This document shows positions 20,062 to 28,371 of a stretch of DNA of 64,000 nt, in pieces; the first letter of the stretch is position 1, and each line of letters starts with the position of its first letter. The DNA is from an uncultured Gemmatimonadaceae bacterium. Lineage in GTDB: Bacteria; Gemmatimonadota; Gemmatimonadetes; Gemmatimonadales; Gemmatimonadaceae. The position numbers were made by a program, and so were the translations under genes. The notes beneath the pieces are model-generated. The model saw nothing but the letters and a program-made list of their open reading frames with translations, did not search any database and was not told the origin of the DNA. The stretch spans positions 1,472,001 through 1,536,000 of the forward strand of contig CAVXGK010000001.1 in assembly GCA_963761305.1 (NCBI GenBank), read 5' to 3'.

Positions 20062-21141
20062 TCAGCGCGCGAAGATTGACGCCAGCTCGTGCGGCGGCAC
20101 GACCTCGAGCTGCTCGAACGTGCAATCGTGGGGGTGTTTGTCGGTGCGCCATCGCCTGAACTGCGCTGTGTGACGAAACCGTCCGCTCTGCATGTGGTCG
20201 TACGCGACCTCCACGACGAGCTCCGGCCGCAGCGGTTCCCACGACAGGTCTTTCCCCTGACTCCAACGACTCTGGCCACCGGGACGCCGGAACGCGGCGC
20301 CTTCTGAAACGTCGGGCGCCGCCCAATCGCGCCACGGGTGATTCTCGAGCGCGTTCTCGCGATACGGCGTGAGGAACGTCACCAGCTCGCGCCGTCTTGC
20401 CGCCGTGAAGCTCGCCGCGACGCCCACGTGGTGGAGCTTTCCAGACTCGTCATAGAGGCCGAGCAGGAGTGAGCCGACGGCTGTCTGTTCGCTGCCTTTG
20501 TGCCAGCGAAATCCGGCGACGACACAGTCGCAGTCGCGTTCGTGCTTCACCTTGAGCATCACGCGCTTGTTCGGTTCGTACTTCCCTTCCTCGCGCTTGG
20601 CCATCACGCCGTCCAGCCCCGCGCCTTCGAACCGCTTGAACCAATCGGCGGCGAGCGCGCGATCGGTCGTCGCCGGCGTGACGTGCACGGGCGGCGTCGC
20701 GCCCGCGAGCATCGACTCGAGCATCGATCGCCGCACGGCGAACGGATGCTCCCGCAAATCCGCCGTGCCGTCCGCCAACACATCGAAGAACACAATCGAC
20801 GACGGGATCTCCGCTGCCAGCTTCCGCACGCGCGACTCGGCGGGATGCAGCCGCAGTTGCAGCGCCTCGAAGTCGAGACCGTGGTCGCCGGCGATGACGA
20901 TCTCGCCGTCGAGGACGCAGCGGTCGGGGATGCGCGTCTTCAACGACTCGACGAGCTCCGGGAAGTAGCGGTCGAGCGGCCGTTCGTCGCGGCTCTGGAT
21001 GAACATCTCGTCGCCGTCGCGAAAGACGAGCGTGCGGAAGCCGTCCCACTTCGGCTCGAAGATCCAGCCGTCGTCGGTCGGCAGCTCGTCGACGCGAGTC
21101 GCCAACATCGGCAGAAGCGGTGGGTTGACGGGGAGGTGCAC
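20062..21141 (-). CDS. ligC: ATP-dependent DNA ligase (LigC-like)
   Basis: EPKWDGFR adenylation motif, LDGEIV, DGVMAK, KVKHER, W.PLRPELVVEVAYD. Confidence 0.9.
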   Translation of the reverse strand: MHLPVNPPLLPMLATRVDELPTDDGWIFEPKWDGFRTLVFRDGDEMFIQSRDERPLDRYFPELVESLKTRIPDRCVLDGEIVIAGDHGLDFEALQLRLHPAESRVRKLAAEIPSSIVFFDVLADGTADLREHPFAVRRSMLESMLAGATPPVHVTPATTDRALAADWFKRFEGAGLDGVMAKREEGKYEPNKRVMLKVKHERDCDCVVAGFRWHKGSEQTAVGSLLLGLYDESGKLHHVGVAASFTAARRRELVTFLTPYRENALENHPWRDWAAPDVSEGAAFRRPGGQSRWSQGKDLSWEPLRPELVVEVAYDHMQSGRFRHTAQFRRWRTDKHPHDCTFEQLEVVPPHELASIFAR

Positions 21142-21205
21142 GAAGTAATTTGAGAAGTCTGAGGTCAGAAGCCCGACGTCGGACGTCAGAATGTTCGCAG
21201 CGCAG

Positions 21206-21472
21206 TCAGGACGTGGGCACCACCATGACGCTGATGCCTGTCGCGTCCAGGTGCAACGCGTGCGGCGTGCGAACCAGCCGAAGCATTACCGCGTCGCACC
21301 GCCCGCAGCGGAGTACGATGCCCATCTCCTGCCCGTATTCGGCGAGCGCGCCAAGCGGCGCGGCCGTGTGGCAGCCGGCGCACGTCGCCGTCGCGGCGGT
21401 CACGTCGCGGGCGAACAGATCGCTGAGCGGGCCAGCGGCCGCGTTTCCATCCAATCGCATCTGATCCGGCAT
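21206..21472 (-). CDS. Small CxxC-CxxC protein (DUF6510-like)
   Basis: LDGNAAAGPL..LF..D.T.A...CAGC...LRCGRC; last gene of an oxidoreductase operon. Confidence 0.65.
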   Translation of the reverse strand: MPDQMRLDGNAAAGPLSDLFARDVTAATATCAGCHTAAPLGALAEYGQEMGIVLRCGRCDAVMLRLVRTPHALHLDATGISVMVVPTS

Positions 21473-21506
21473 TCCTTCCCCCAGGTGGCTCGGGTGTTTC
21501 GGCCTG

Positions 21507-22277
21507 TCAACTCGTCGGTCCGAATCGCTCGGTGCGGATTCTCGACGCGACATGGCCCAGCGCGACCAACAGGTTCGCCGCCGTTTCCACGAACGGAGTT
21601 GGACCGCAGACGTACGAGATCGGTGAATCGGCTGGCGGCCAGCCGATCGTCTGAAGCAACGCACGGTCGATTCGGCGCCTCTCCCCTTTCCACTCGCTCG
21701 ACGCCGGTTCGCGCGTGAGCGTGAACGTCACGCGCGCGTCGCCGGTCGCCGCGAGCTCACTCAACTCCCGCTCATAGATCACGTCAGACCTGGTTCGCGC
21801 GGAGTAGAGGAGTCGCATCGGACTGCGCGCCTTTCGGTCGTGGTCGGCCAGCCCGCGATGCCGGAGCATGGCCATCAGCGGCACGATGCCGGACCCGCCG
21901 GCGACGAGAAACACCGGTCCCTCCTGCGTCGACGCCCACACGAAATAGCCCCCGATCGGCCCCCGCACCTCGACGCCGTCCCCCGGGGCGAGCACGTCGC
22001 ACAGGTACGGCGAGACCTCGCCGTCGTCGAGGCGTTCGATCGTGAGCTCGACGTGGGCATTCTCCGGCGCAGACGCGATGGAGTACGATCGCTGCGCCTG
22101 GTAGCCGTCGTCGGAGACGAGCCGCACGTCGACGTGTTGCCCGGCGCGATGGCCGCGCCATCCGGGTACCTCGAGGACGAGCGTGTGCGCGCGCGGCGTC
22201 TCGGCCCGAATCTCGGCGACGCGCGCCACCTGCCACGCCAAGCGTGGTGTGCCCGCCGGGTCCTCTCGTTCGCTCAC
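21507..22277 (-). CDS. Ferredoxin-NADP reductase-like FAD/NAD-binding oxidoreductase
   Basis: GQHVDV, RSYSIAS, GEVS, AGGSGIVP, YVCGP and TERFG motifs; GTG start inferred. Confidence 0.88.
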   Translation of the reverse strand: MSEREDPAGTPRLAWQVARVAEIRAETPRAHTLVLEVPGWRGHRAGQHVDVRLVSDDGYQAQRSYSIASAPENAHVELTIERLDDGEVSPYLCDVLAPGDGVEVRGPIGGYFVWASTQEGPVFLVAGGSGIVPLMAMLRHRGLADHDRKARSPMRLLYSARTRSDVIYERELSELAATGDARVTFTLTREPASSEWKGERRRIDRALLQTIGWPPADSPISYVCGPTPFVETAANLLVALGHVASRIRTERFGPTS

Positions 22278-22278
22278 G

Positions 22279-22902
22279 TCAGGGATCGCCCTGATAGCGC
22301 TGTTCCTTCCACGGGTCTCCGCGGTCGTGATAGCCGAGTTGCTCCCAGAATCCCGGTTCGTCGCCGTCGATGAGCCTGAGGCCGCGCAGCCACTTTGCGC
22401 TCTTCCAGAAATACAGATGCGGCACGAGCAGGCGCGCCGGTCCGCCGTGTTCGGGCGCGAGCGGCGCGCCGCCGAACCCGAACACGACCCACGCCTTGCC
22501 GCCCGTGACGTCGGCAAGCGGGAGATTCGTCGTGTAGCCGCCGTCACTCTGCGCCATCACGAACGGTCGTTCGGCGACGCCGCTCGCCGACGCGGCTCGC
22601 AGTAGCGTGTCGACTGAAATCCCTTCCCACGTGGTGTCGAACTTCGACCACTTGGTCACGCAGTGGATGTCGACGGTCGGCCCCTCGTGCGGCAGCGCGA
22701 GCAGTTCGGTCCAGGACCACCGCATCGCGCGGTCGCCGCTCTTGATCGTGAGGTCCCACGCATCGAGGGACGTGCGCGGAGTCGGGCCAGCGGAGAGTAC
22801 GGGAAAGTCACGAGTCTCGTATTGGCCGGGCGGAAGTCGGCCCGGCGGCGCGGGCGGTCGCTTGCCGTGAAATCCACGTGCAATGAAGGGGATGTCGGCC
22901 AT
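22279..22902 (-). CDS. Sulfite oxidase-like molybdopterin-dependent oxidoreductase
   Basis: RLPPGQY, DIHCVTKWS, EHGGPARL..PHLYFWKSAKW, GFWE..GYH. Confidence 0.88.
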   Translation of the reverse strand: MADIPFIARGFHGKRPPAPPGRLPPGQYETRDFPVLSAGPTPRTSLDAWDLTIKSGDRAMRWSWTELLALPHEGPTVDIHCVTKWSKFDTTWEGISVDTLLRAASASGVAERPFVMAQSDGGYTTNLPLADVTGGKAWVVFGFGGAPLAPEHGGPARLLVPHLYFWKSAKWLRGLRLIDGDEPGFWEQLGYHDRGDPWKEQRYQGDP

Positions 22903-23063
22903 GACCTAACGGAACGCGCGCTTGGTCCAAACCGCAATCTGTCGGCGGAGACCGCGCGGACTCGTGCGGCAGAGTCCGCGAAAGTCACGACATCAGATCC
23001 GTTTCCGCGCGGCGGTCGTACCGCTCCTGAATCCACCTCAACCACTTCAGGAAACCCCGTCCC

Positions 23064-23624
23064 ATGTCGTTCAAACGCGTTGTCCCCGTCGCCTCCATCA
23101 CTGCCATCGCCGCGGTGGCCTTCGTGCTTCGCGCCGCCTCGGCCGCGCCGACGACAGGTTACACGCGCACCGCCGCGCTCGACGATCCCACCATCGTCGC
23201 CATCTTCGACGCCGCCAATACAGCGGACATCGAGACTGGCGAGCTGGGCGTCAAGAAGGGCACTACCAAAGAGATTCGTGAGTTCGGAGCAATGCTGGCG
23301 CGCGACCATAAGAACGTGCGTCAACAGGGGCGCGATCTGGCGAAGAAGCTGGGCGTGACCCCGACGCCGCCCAAGGACGACGACAGCATGAAGAGCCACG
23401 CCGCCGTCATGAAGCAGCTGAACAGCCTCTCCGGCACAGCGTTCGACAGAGCGTTTCTGCAGAACGAAGTCGCGTACCACGACGCGGTGATCGGCGCGGT
23501 GACCAAGACGCTGCTGCCGGCGATCCAGAACGCCGATTTGAAGGAGCTGGTCACGAAGGTGGCGCCGGCGTTCGTCGCGCACCGCGACGCAGCGAAGAAT
23601 CTGCTCGACAAGCAGGGGATGTAG
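23064..23624 (+). CDS. DUF4142 (ferritin-like) secreted protein
   Basis: Signal peptide; AN.ADIE.G.L...IREFG.ML.RDH...FDRAFL..EV.YH. Confidence 0.82.
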   Translation: MSFKRVVPVASITAIAAVAFVLRAASAAPTTGYTRTAALDDPTIVAIFDAANTADIETGELGVKKGTTKEIREFGAMLARDHKNVRQQGRDLAKKLGVTPTPPKDDDSMKSHAAVMKQLNSLSGTAFDRAFLQNEVAYHDAVIGAVTKTLLPAIQNADLKELVTKVAPAFVAHRDAAKNLLDKQGM

Positions 23625-23740
23625 TTCGGTTCTCGAGCCCCCCTACTTACTATAGTCTCCGCGAACCTCGACCTTGCTACACGGCAATATTTGCCGAGCG
23701 TGCTAAAACTCTAATCCAGGTAGTTAAACGAATTCGAGTT

Positions 23741-23785
23741 GTCAGCAGAGCGTCAGCAGAGCGTCATGCTGACGCTTTGCTGACG
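23741..23785. repeat. 11-bp direct repeats (GTCAGCAGAGC x2) followed by inverted copies
   Basis: 23741-23758 pairs with 23767-23784 with one mismatch. Confidence 0.7.
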
Positions 23786-24322
23786 TTAATAACCATCAAA
23801 AAGCACCGGCGATGTACCCAAAACAGCGTCCGCGGATAATACCCAAGTAGAGGGGCGCGTCTCGCGAGAACTTCGTTCCGCGGACCCTCGACTTCACGAT
23901 CGCGCGCCGGATTTTCAGTTCCCCCCGCGGCGATCCGCTCTTCGACCATCACGACGACACGCTTTCCGCACCCATCGCGCGTGGGTGCGGCGTCGCGTTC
24001 TGCCGCGAACGGGAGGACTTCGATTCTCGCGGGCCCGCGACCAACCGTTTCAACCCCAACCCCAGGAGGCGACCCAACATTTCCACGCGGGGCGGGCGCT
24101 GCACGGTCCTGGACCGGTGCACCCGACGCTCGCAACGGACCACGGCAAGAGTGCCGGCTCATCATCCGCGACGCGCCGCGCGTTGCGCCCGGTCGAGCGC
24201 CGACTCTTCCAACCTCCACCCTCACCACTCGAGGTCGATCCGCGGCGATACATCGATTCACCATGGCTTTCAGAAATCGCACGTCCACAGCAGTCCACTC
24301 ACTCAATTTCGACAGGAGCTTT

Positions 24323-25081
24323 ATGAGACATTCGCAGGGGCAAGTGTTCCACACCGGCCGCCGCATCCAGATGTTTCTGGATGCGAACGATTCGCTGTTC
24401 GGCAGTATCAACAAGTCCGCCACGCGCGCCGAGCTCGACACGGTCGTGACGGCACTCGGCACCGATGCCGGCGCACAGGCAACGGGCCGCACGACCGCTC
24501 TCGGTGAATCGGCCAACCAGCGCGCGCTGCGGGTGGCGCTGCGGCTGAACAACATGCGGCCGATCGCGTCGATCGCGAAGCTGCGACTCCGCACGGTGCC
24601 CAACTTCGCGGCGCTGAGGATGCCGTCGCCGCATCTCACCGGGAAGGCGCTCGTCGCGCACGCGAGCGGCATGGGGGGAGCCGCCAAGCCGTACGAGCAG
24701 GTGTTCATCGACAGCGGCCTGGCATCCGATTTTCTGGCCAGGCTGTCGGCAGCAACGGCCGCGGTCGAAGCGTCTCTGCTTGCTCGGGCGAACGCCCGCG
24801 GCCAACAGTCGCAGGCGACCGGGTCGCTCAGACAGCTCGAGGTCCGCGGTCGCGGGGTCTTTCAGGCGCTCAGCGATCTCGTGGTCCCGATTCTTTCGAC
24901 GGACATCGGGAACAGCGGCCTGCTCGCCGAGTGGCGAAGCGTGCGCCGTGTGACACTCAAGCCGGGGCCGACGATCGGCTCGGCGCTGGCGGCGACGCAA
25001 CTCGATCCGCCGGAGGGTCAGCCGGCGCCCGCAGCTTCAACGCCGGCGCCGCAGCCGAGTAGCACAACCGCAGCCGCATAG
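24323..25081 (+). CDS. Hypothetical alpha-helical protein with Pro/Ala-rich tail
   Basis: GGAG RBS before ATG 24323; coding-like codon usage; no recognised motif. Confidence 0.65.
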   Translation: MRHSQGQVFHTGRRIQMFLDANDSLFGSINKSATRAELDTVVTALGTDAGAQATGRTTALGESANQRALRVALRLNNMRPIASIAKLRLRTVPNFAALRMPSPHLTGKALVAHASGMGGAAKPYEQVFIDSGLASDFLARLSAATAAVEASLLARANARGQQSQATGSLRQLEVRGRGVFQALSDLVVPILSTDIGNSGLLAEWRSVRRVTLKPGPTIGSALAATQLDPPEGQPAPAASTPAPQPSSTTAAA

Positions 25082-25370
25082 CCGCGGGTGAAGGAGTAGC
25101 TCGAGGTTGGAGCCGTGGCGGTTCCCGGCTCCAGCCTCGTTGGCTCACCTGAATCCCGCGGCGCAGCTGTAACATTTTGTTCCGGTCCTTTGCGCCGAAT
25201 CGTCGCACAATGCACGGCGGAGCTGGCGGGTTTCACGCGTGGAACCCGCGATTCCGACCACCGCGCCGATTCGAGAACTGGTATGAGACTCGCCCTTCTT
25301 GCTGCACAGGCCCGACCCCCAGCCACGCCGCAAGCCGGCTTACAGGGATGTAACTTCGCTGTGTGGAAAA

Positions 25371-25398
25371 TGTCACGTTTTGATGGTGTCCATGACAC
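25371..25398. promoter_or_regulatory. Putative operator palindrome TGTCACG-N13-CATGACAC
   Basis: Upstream of the TPR gene; near-identical half-sites recur at 27037-27063. Confidence 0.55.
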
Positions 25399-25485
25399 GA
25401 TCATCCGATTGATCGAAGTCCATGGCACGCCGATATATGGCTAGTGCGGCTTGGCTCCTATCTCGTTCGGCATGAGGAAAGGGAC

Positions 25486-26733
25486 ATGATTTCGTTTGCA
25501 GCGCTCCGGCACCTCGCGTTCTTCGACGAGCTGTCGCGGCTGGACGAAGCGGACGATTCCTGGCGTGAGGTCTCCGCCGGTCTCGTGGTGCTGCGGCTGG
25601 TCGACCGGTGGCTGGAAGAGGGCGCCAGCGTGGTCGCGACCGACACGTGGGGGTACACGTCGGTCGTCGGCGCGGTGGACGCGATCGCGGTCGGACGCCC
25701 GGTGCGCGGCATGCTCCGCAGCGTCGTCGACGCGATGGCGGCGGCCGGCAACCCGAATTTCCGCACCGTCGCGCCGCGCTTGATGGCCTACGCCCGGGCG
25801 CTGGATTTCGACGCCAGGTGGGTGCTCGCCGTAGACGTCTACCACACGGTCATCGCGTTCAGCGAGCCGCTCGAGAATGCCGACACGGTGATCGCGGCCC
25901 ATCTGCGCCTCGGCTACTGTCTGCGACAGACGGGCGAGATCGACCAGTCGGCGGCAGCCTACTCGATGGCGGGAAGAATCGCCGAGCAGACCGGAGACAT
26001 GATGGGCGTGCTCCGGGCGCGTATCGGCGACGCCAAGATCGCCATGCTCCGGGGGAATCTTCCCCGCGCTGAGCTGATACTGGACGAGACCATCGAGCAG
26101 GCGGTCAAGAATGGACTGCCGGCCGTGGAGTCGATGGCGCTGCACGACCGCGCGAGCGCCGCGGGTATGCGCGGAGACTACGAGCTCGCGGTCCGCCTGG
26201 CCTATCGGGCCCTGCCCGGATCGGACAGCGAACGAAGCCGCGATCGTATTCTTCACGACATCGCCACGGCGTTCAATCTGCTCGGCGTCCGTAGCGCCGC
26301 CCGCGATGCGTTCACTGTACTCGTCGCTACGAGTCAGGAGCGGTATCTGCGGTGGGCGTCGTCAATCCAGCTGTTGGCGATTGCCGCGCAAGACGGGATC
26401 GGCCCGGTGTTCGAGAAGTATCGACAGGACCTGGGCGTCCAGCCGCTGCCGCCGGCGCTTCGCGCGGAATTCCAATTCCAGACCGGTCGTGGCTATCTCG
26501 CCTTGGGCCACTTCGCAGACGCCACGCAATGGCTCGAAGAGGCCGTGTCCACGGCGAACGCCAGCGGCTTGTACCAGACGGTGTTCGAGGCGGAGAGCGC
26601 GTTGGTCAACGCTCGACAGGCTCAGATCCGCCAGAACCGTGCGACCCCACACCGACCTTTGGCACCGGATCTCACATACGTCGCCAGGGCGATGCGGGAG
26701 ATGCGGGAGTCACTCATCGGCGCCCAGAGATAA
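25486..26733 (+). CDS. Cytoplasmic tetratricopeptide-repeat protein (Rap/RRNPP-like architecture)
   Basis: RBS gaggaaaggg; repeated TPR-type helices (AHLRLGYCLRQTGEIDQSAAAY, ALHDRA..AGMRGDYELA, QTGRGYLALGHFADATQWL). Confidence 0.75.
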   Translation: MISFAALRHLAFFDELSRLDEADDSWREVSAGLVVLRLVDRWLEEGASVVATDTWGYTSVVGAVDAIAVGRPVRGMLRSVVDAMAAAGNPNFRTVAPRLMAYARALDFDARWVLAVDVYHTVIAFSEPLENADTVIAAHLRLGYCLRQTGEIDQSAAAYSMAGRIAEQTGDMMGVLRARIGDAKIAMLRGNLPRAELILDETIEQAVKNGLPAVESMALHDRASAAGMRGDYELAVRLAYRALPGSDSERSRDRILHDIATAFNLLGVRSAARDAFTVLVATSQERYLRWASSIQLLAIAAQDGIGPVFEKYRQDLGVQPLPPALRAEFQFQTGRGYLALGHFADATQWLEEAVSTANASGLYQTVFEAESALVNARQAQIRQNRATPHRPLAPDLTYVARAMREMRESLIGAQR

Positions 26734-26763
26734 AAAGCAGGGCCCGAGCCGAGGCTCGGGCCC
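26732..26763 (-). terminator. Intrinsic terminator for the small peptide gene (possibly bidirectional)
   Basis: 10-bp stem GGGCCCGAGC/GCTCGGGCCC, 4-nt loop, T-run on the minus strand (aaaaa 26732-26736). Confidence 0.75.
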
Positions 26764-26786
26764 ACCGTCACCACGAAAACGTCAGG

Positions 26787-26933
26787 TCAATTCAAACAGC
26801 GGCCATCGCTGCCAACCCATCCGCCGCAGGACGACGAATCATTGCTCGCAGTCGGCGCCGTGGCACTGGTGCAGGCGGAAAGAACAAAGGAGGTAATGGC
26901 GAGAACGAGAAGGGCAATCGGGCGGCGAGACAT
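26787..26933 (-). CDS. 48-aa secreted lipopeptide with C-terminal Cys pair
   Basis: GGAG RBS; MSRRPIALLVLAITSFVLSA|C lipobox; tail CGGWVGSDGRCLN; own terminator. Confidence 0.7.
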   Translation of the reverse strand: MSRRPIALLVLAITSFVLSACTSATAPTASNDSSSCGGWVGSDGRCLN

Positions 26934-27036
26934 GGCTTTCTCCGTCGAAGGCAGGGCCGGCGAGGGTACTCTTGGCAGGGGATCCTTCTGGCTTGCCATC
27001 TTAGGGTCGCGGTTGGGCTCGTAAACGCGCATTTTG

Positions 27037-27063
27037 TGTCACGAGGTTGCGGTTTCATGACAC
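27037..27063. promoter_or_regulatory. Putative operator palindrome TGTCACG-N12-CATGACAC
   Basis: Lies between the divergent peptide and AraC genes; extends to TGTGTCA...TGACACA. Confidence 0.55.
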
Positions 27064-27082
27064 AGAGCCAGCTTCCCTCTTC

Positions 27083-27871
27083 GTGGACGTCGCTGCGTTT
27101 CTTCCACGCCCGCTGCTCCCTCAGCTCAAGATCGCTCTCGGCTCGGAGCACACACTCACCTCGGTTGCGAGTTGGGGAGAGCTTCGGTCGACCGTCCAGC
27201 AGTGCATGATCGACATCGTCGTCGCCGATCCGTGCGCTACCGGTTCCGTCGAAGTCGAGTCGCTCGAGCTGATCCGCCGACAGTTTCCCTCACTCCCCAT
27301 CGTCCTCTACACGTCGCTCGCCGCGAGTGCCTTCAGCGCGACGGTGCGGCTGGCTCGATCGGGAATCGAGCACGTGGTCTTGAGCCGGTTCGACGACGAG
27401 CCGCGAAGGTTTCTCGAACTGCTGGAAAGCATCCCCGCGAACGAGCTTGGCGAACGGATGCTGCGGGAATTGGCGGGACCGTTGTCGTGTTTACCCGTGG
27501 TCGTCGTGCGAGGCATCGACCAGTTGTTCCGATCACCGGCGCGTTTTACGAGTGCCGGAGATCTCGCCGCGGCAGCGGGGATGAACGTTCGAACGCTGTA
27601 CCGCAACCTCGAGCCGGCGGGCTTCTACTCGGCGAGAGCGTTGGTCGTGTCGGCGAGGTTGGTGCGGGCGTACGCGTATTTGCGGGATCCGGGCAGGTCG
27701 ATCAAGGACGTGGCGGCGAAGACGGGCTACACGTCTCCATGGCAGCTCTCGCAGCACATGCGGGAGATGACGGGACGAACCGCCGAGCAGGTTCGACGTG
27801 AGATGTCGCCGGACGAATTGATCGCTCGCATGGTCGAACAAGTGCAGCAGCAGCGGAGGCAAGGCGAATGA
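27083..27871 (+). CDS. AraC-family transcriptional regulator with degenerate receiver-like N-terminus
   Basis: DLAAAAGMNVRTLYRNL and SIKDVAAKTGYTSPWQLSQHMREMTG double HTH; N-terminal DIVVADP...FPSLPIVLYT; start uncertain (27047 or 27083). Confidence 0.82.
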   Translation: MDVAAFLPRPLLPQLKIALGSEHTLTSVASWGELRSTVQQCMIDIVVADPCATGSVEVESLELIRRQFPSLPIVLYTSLAASAFSATVRLARSGIEHVVLSRFDDEPRRFLELLESIPANELGERMLRELAGPLSCLPVVVVRGIDQLFRSPARFTSAGDLAAAAGMNVRTLYRNLEPAGFYSARALVVSARLVRAYAYLRDPGRSIKDVAAKTGYTSPWQLSQHMREMTGRTAEQVRREMSPDELIARMVEQVQQQRRQGE

Positions 27872-28350
27872 CGTGGCCGGTAGTTCCCGGAATGGGGACC
27901 GGAATCGGGGGGCGGGGGGTATCATCTGCCAAGGACGTGCGGCGGGAGTTGCCGCGCGCCCGTTTGGTACGCCTGCTCGTCGTGGACGACGAGCCCTCGA
28001 TCTGCAAGGCGCTCGGCATGGCTTTTACTCACGCCGGGTACGACGTCATCACCGCGAAGAGCGGCGAGGCGGCGATCGCAACGATCCAGACGGAACGGGT
28101 CGACGTGCTCCTGATCGATCTCCGCATTCCGGACGTGCGCGGCGACGAAGTTTTCGAGTACGCCGCCGGCGTTCAGCCAGACCTTCGAGACCACACGCTG
28201 TTCATGACGGGCGACATCAGCGACCAGGCGATCGAGCTGATTGCCGCGTGCCGCTGTAACTTCATTCGCAAGCCGTTCGACCTGAGCGTGATGTTCGACG
28301 CGGTCGCCGCGCTCGCGCCGGTGGAGCACGTCCGCAAGTCGTCTGCCTGA
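27868..28350 (+). CDS. Single-domain response regulator (receiver)
   Basis: LLVVDDE, LLIDLRIP (phospho-Asp), FMTG, IRKPF; true start may be downstream (about 27937). Confidence 0.85.
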   Translation: MTWPVVPGMGTGIGGRGVSSAKDVRRELPRARLVRLLVVDDEPSICKALGMAFTHAGYDVITAKSGEAAIATIQTERVDVLLIDLRIPDVRGDEVFEYAAGVQPDLRDHTLFMTGDISDQAIELIAACRCNFIRKPFDLSVMFDAVAALAPVEHVRKSSA

Positions 28351-28371
28351 GACGGGTGGAAGAGTGGACCG

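Noticed and set aside
26787..26933. RiPP precursor
   Set aside because: No modifying enzymes (radical SAM, YcaO, LanM, lasso cyclase) or dedicated exporter nearby; it has a standard lipoprotein signal instead of a leader.
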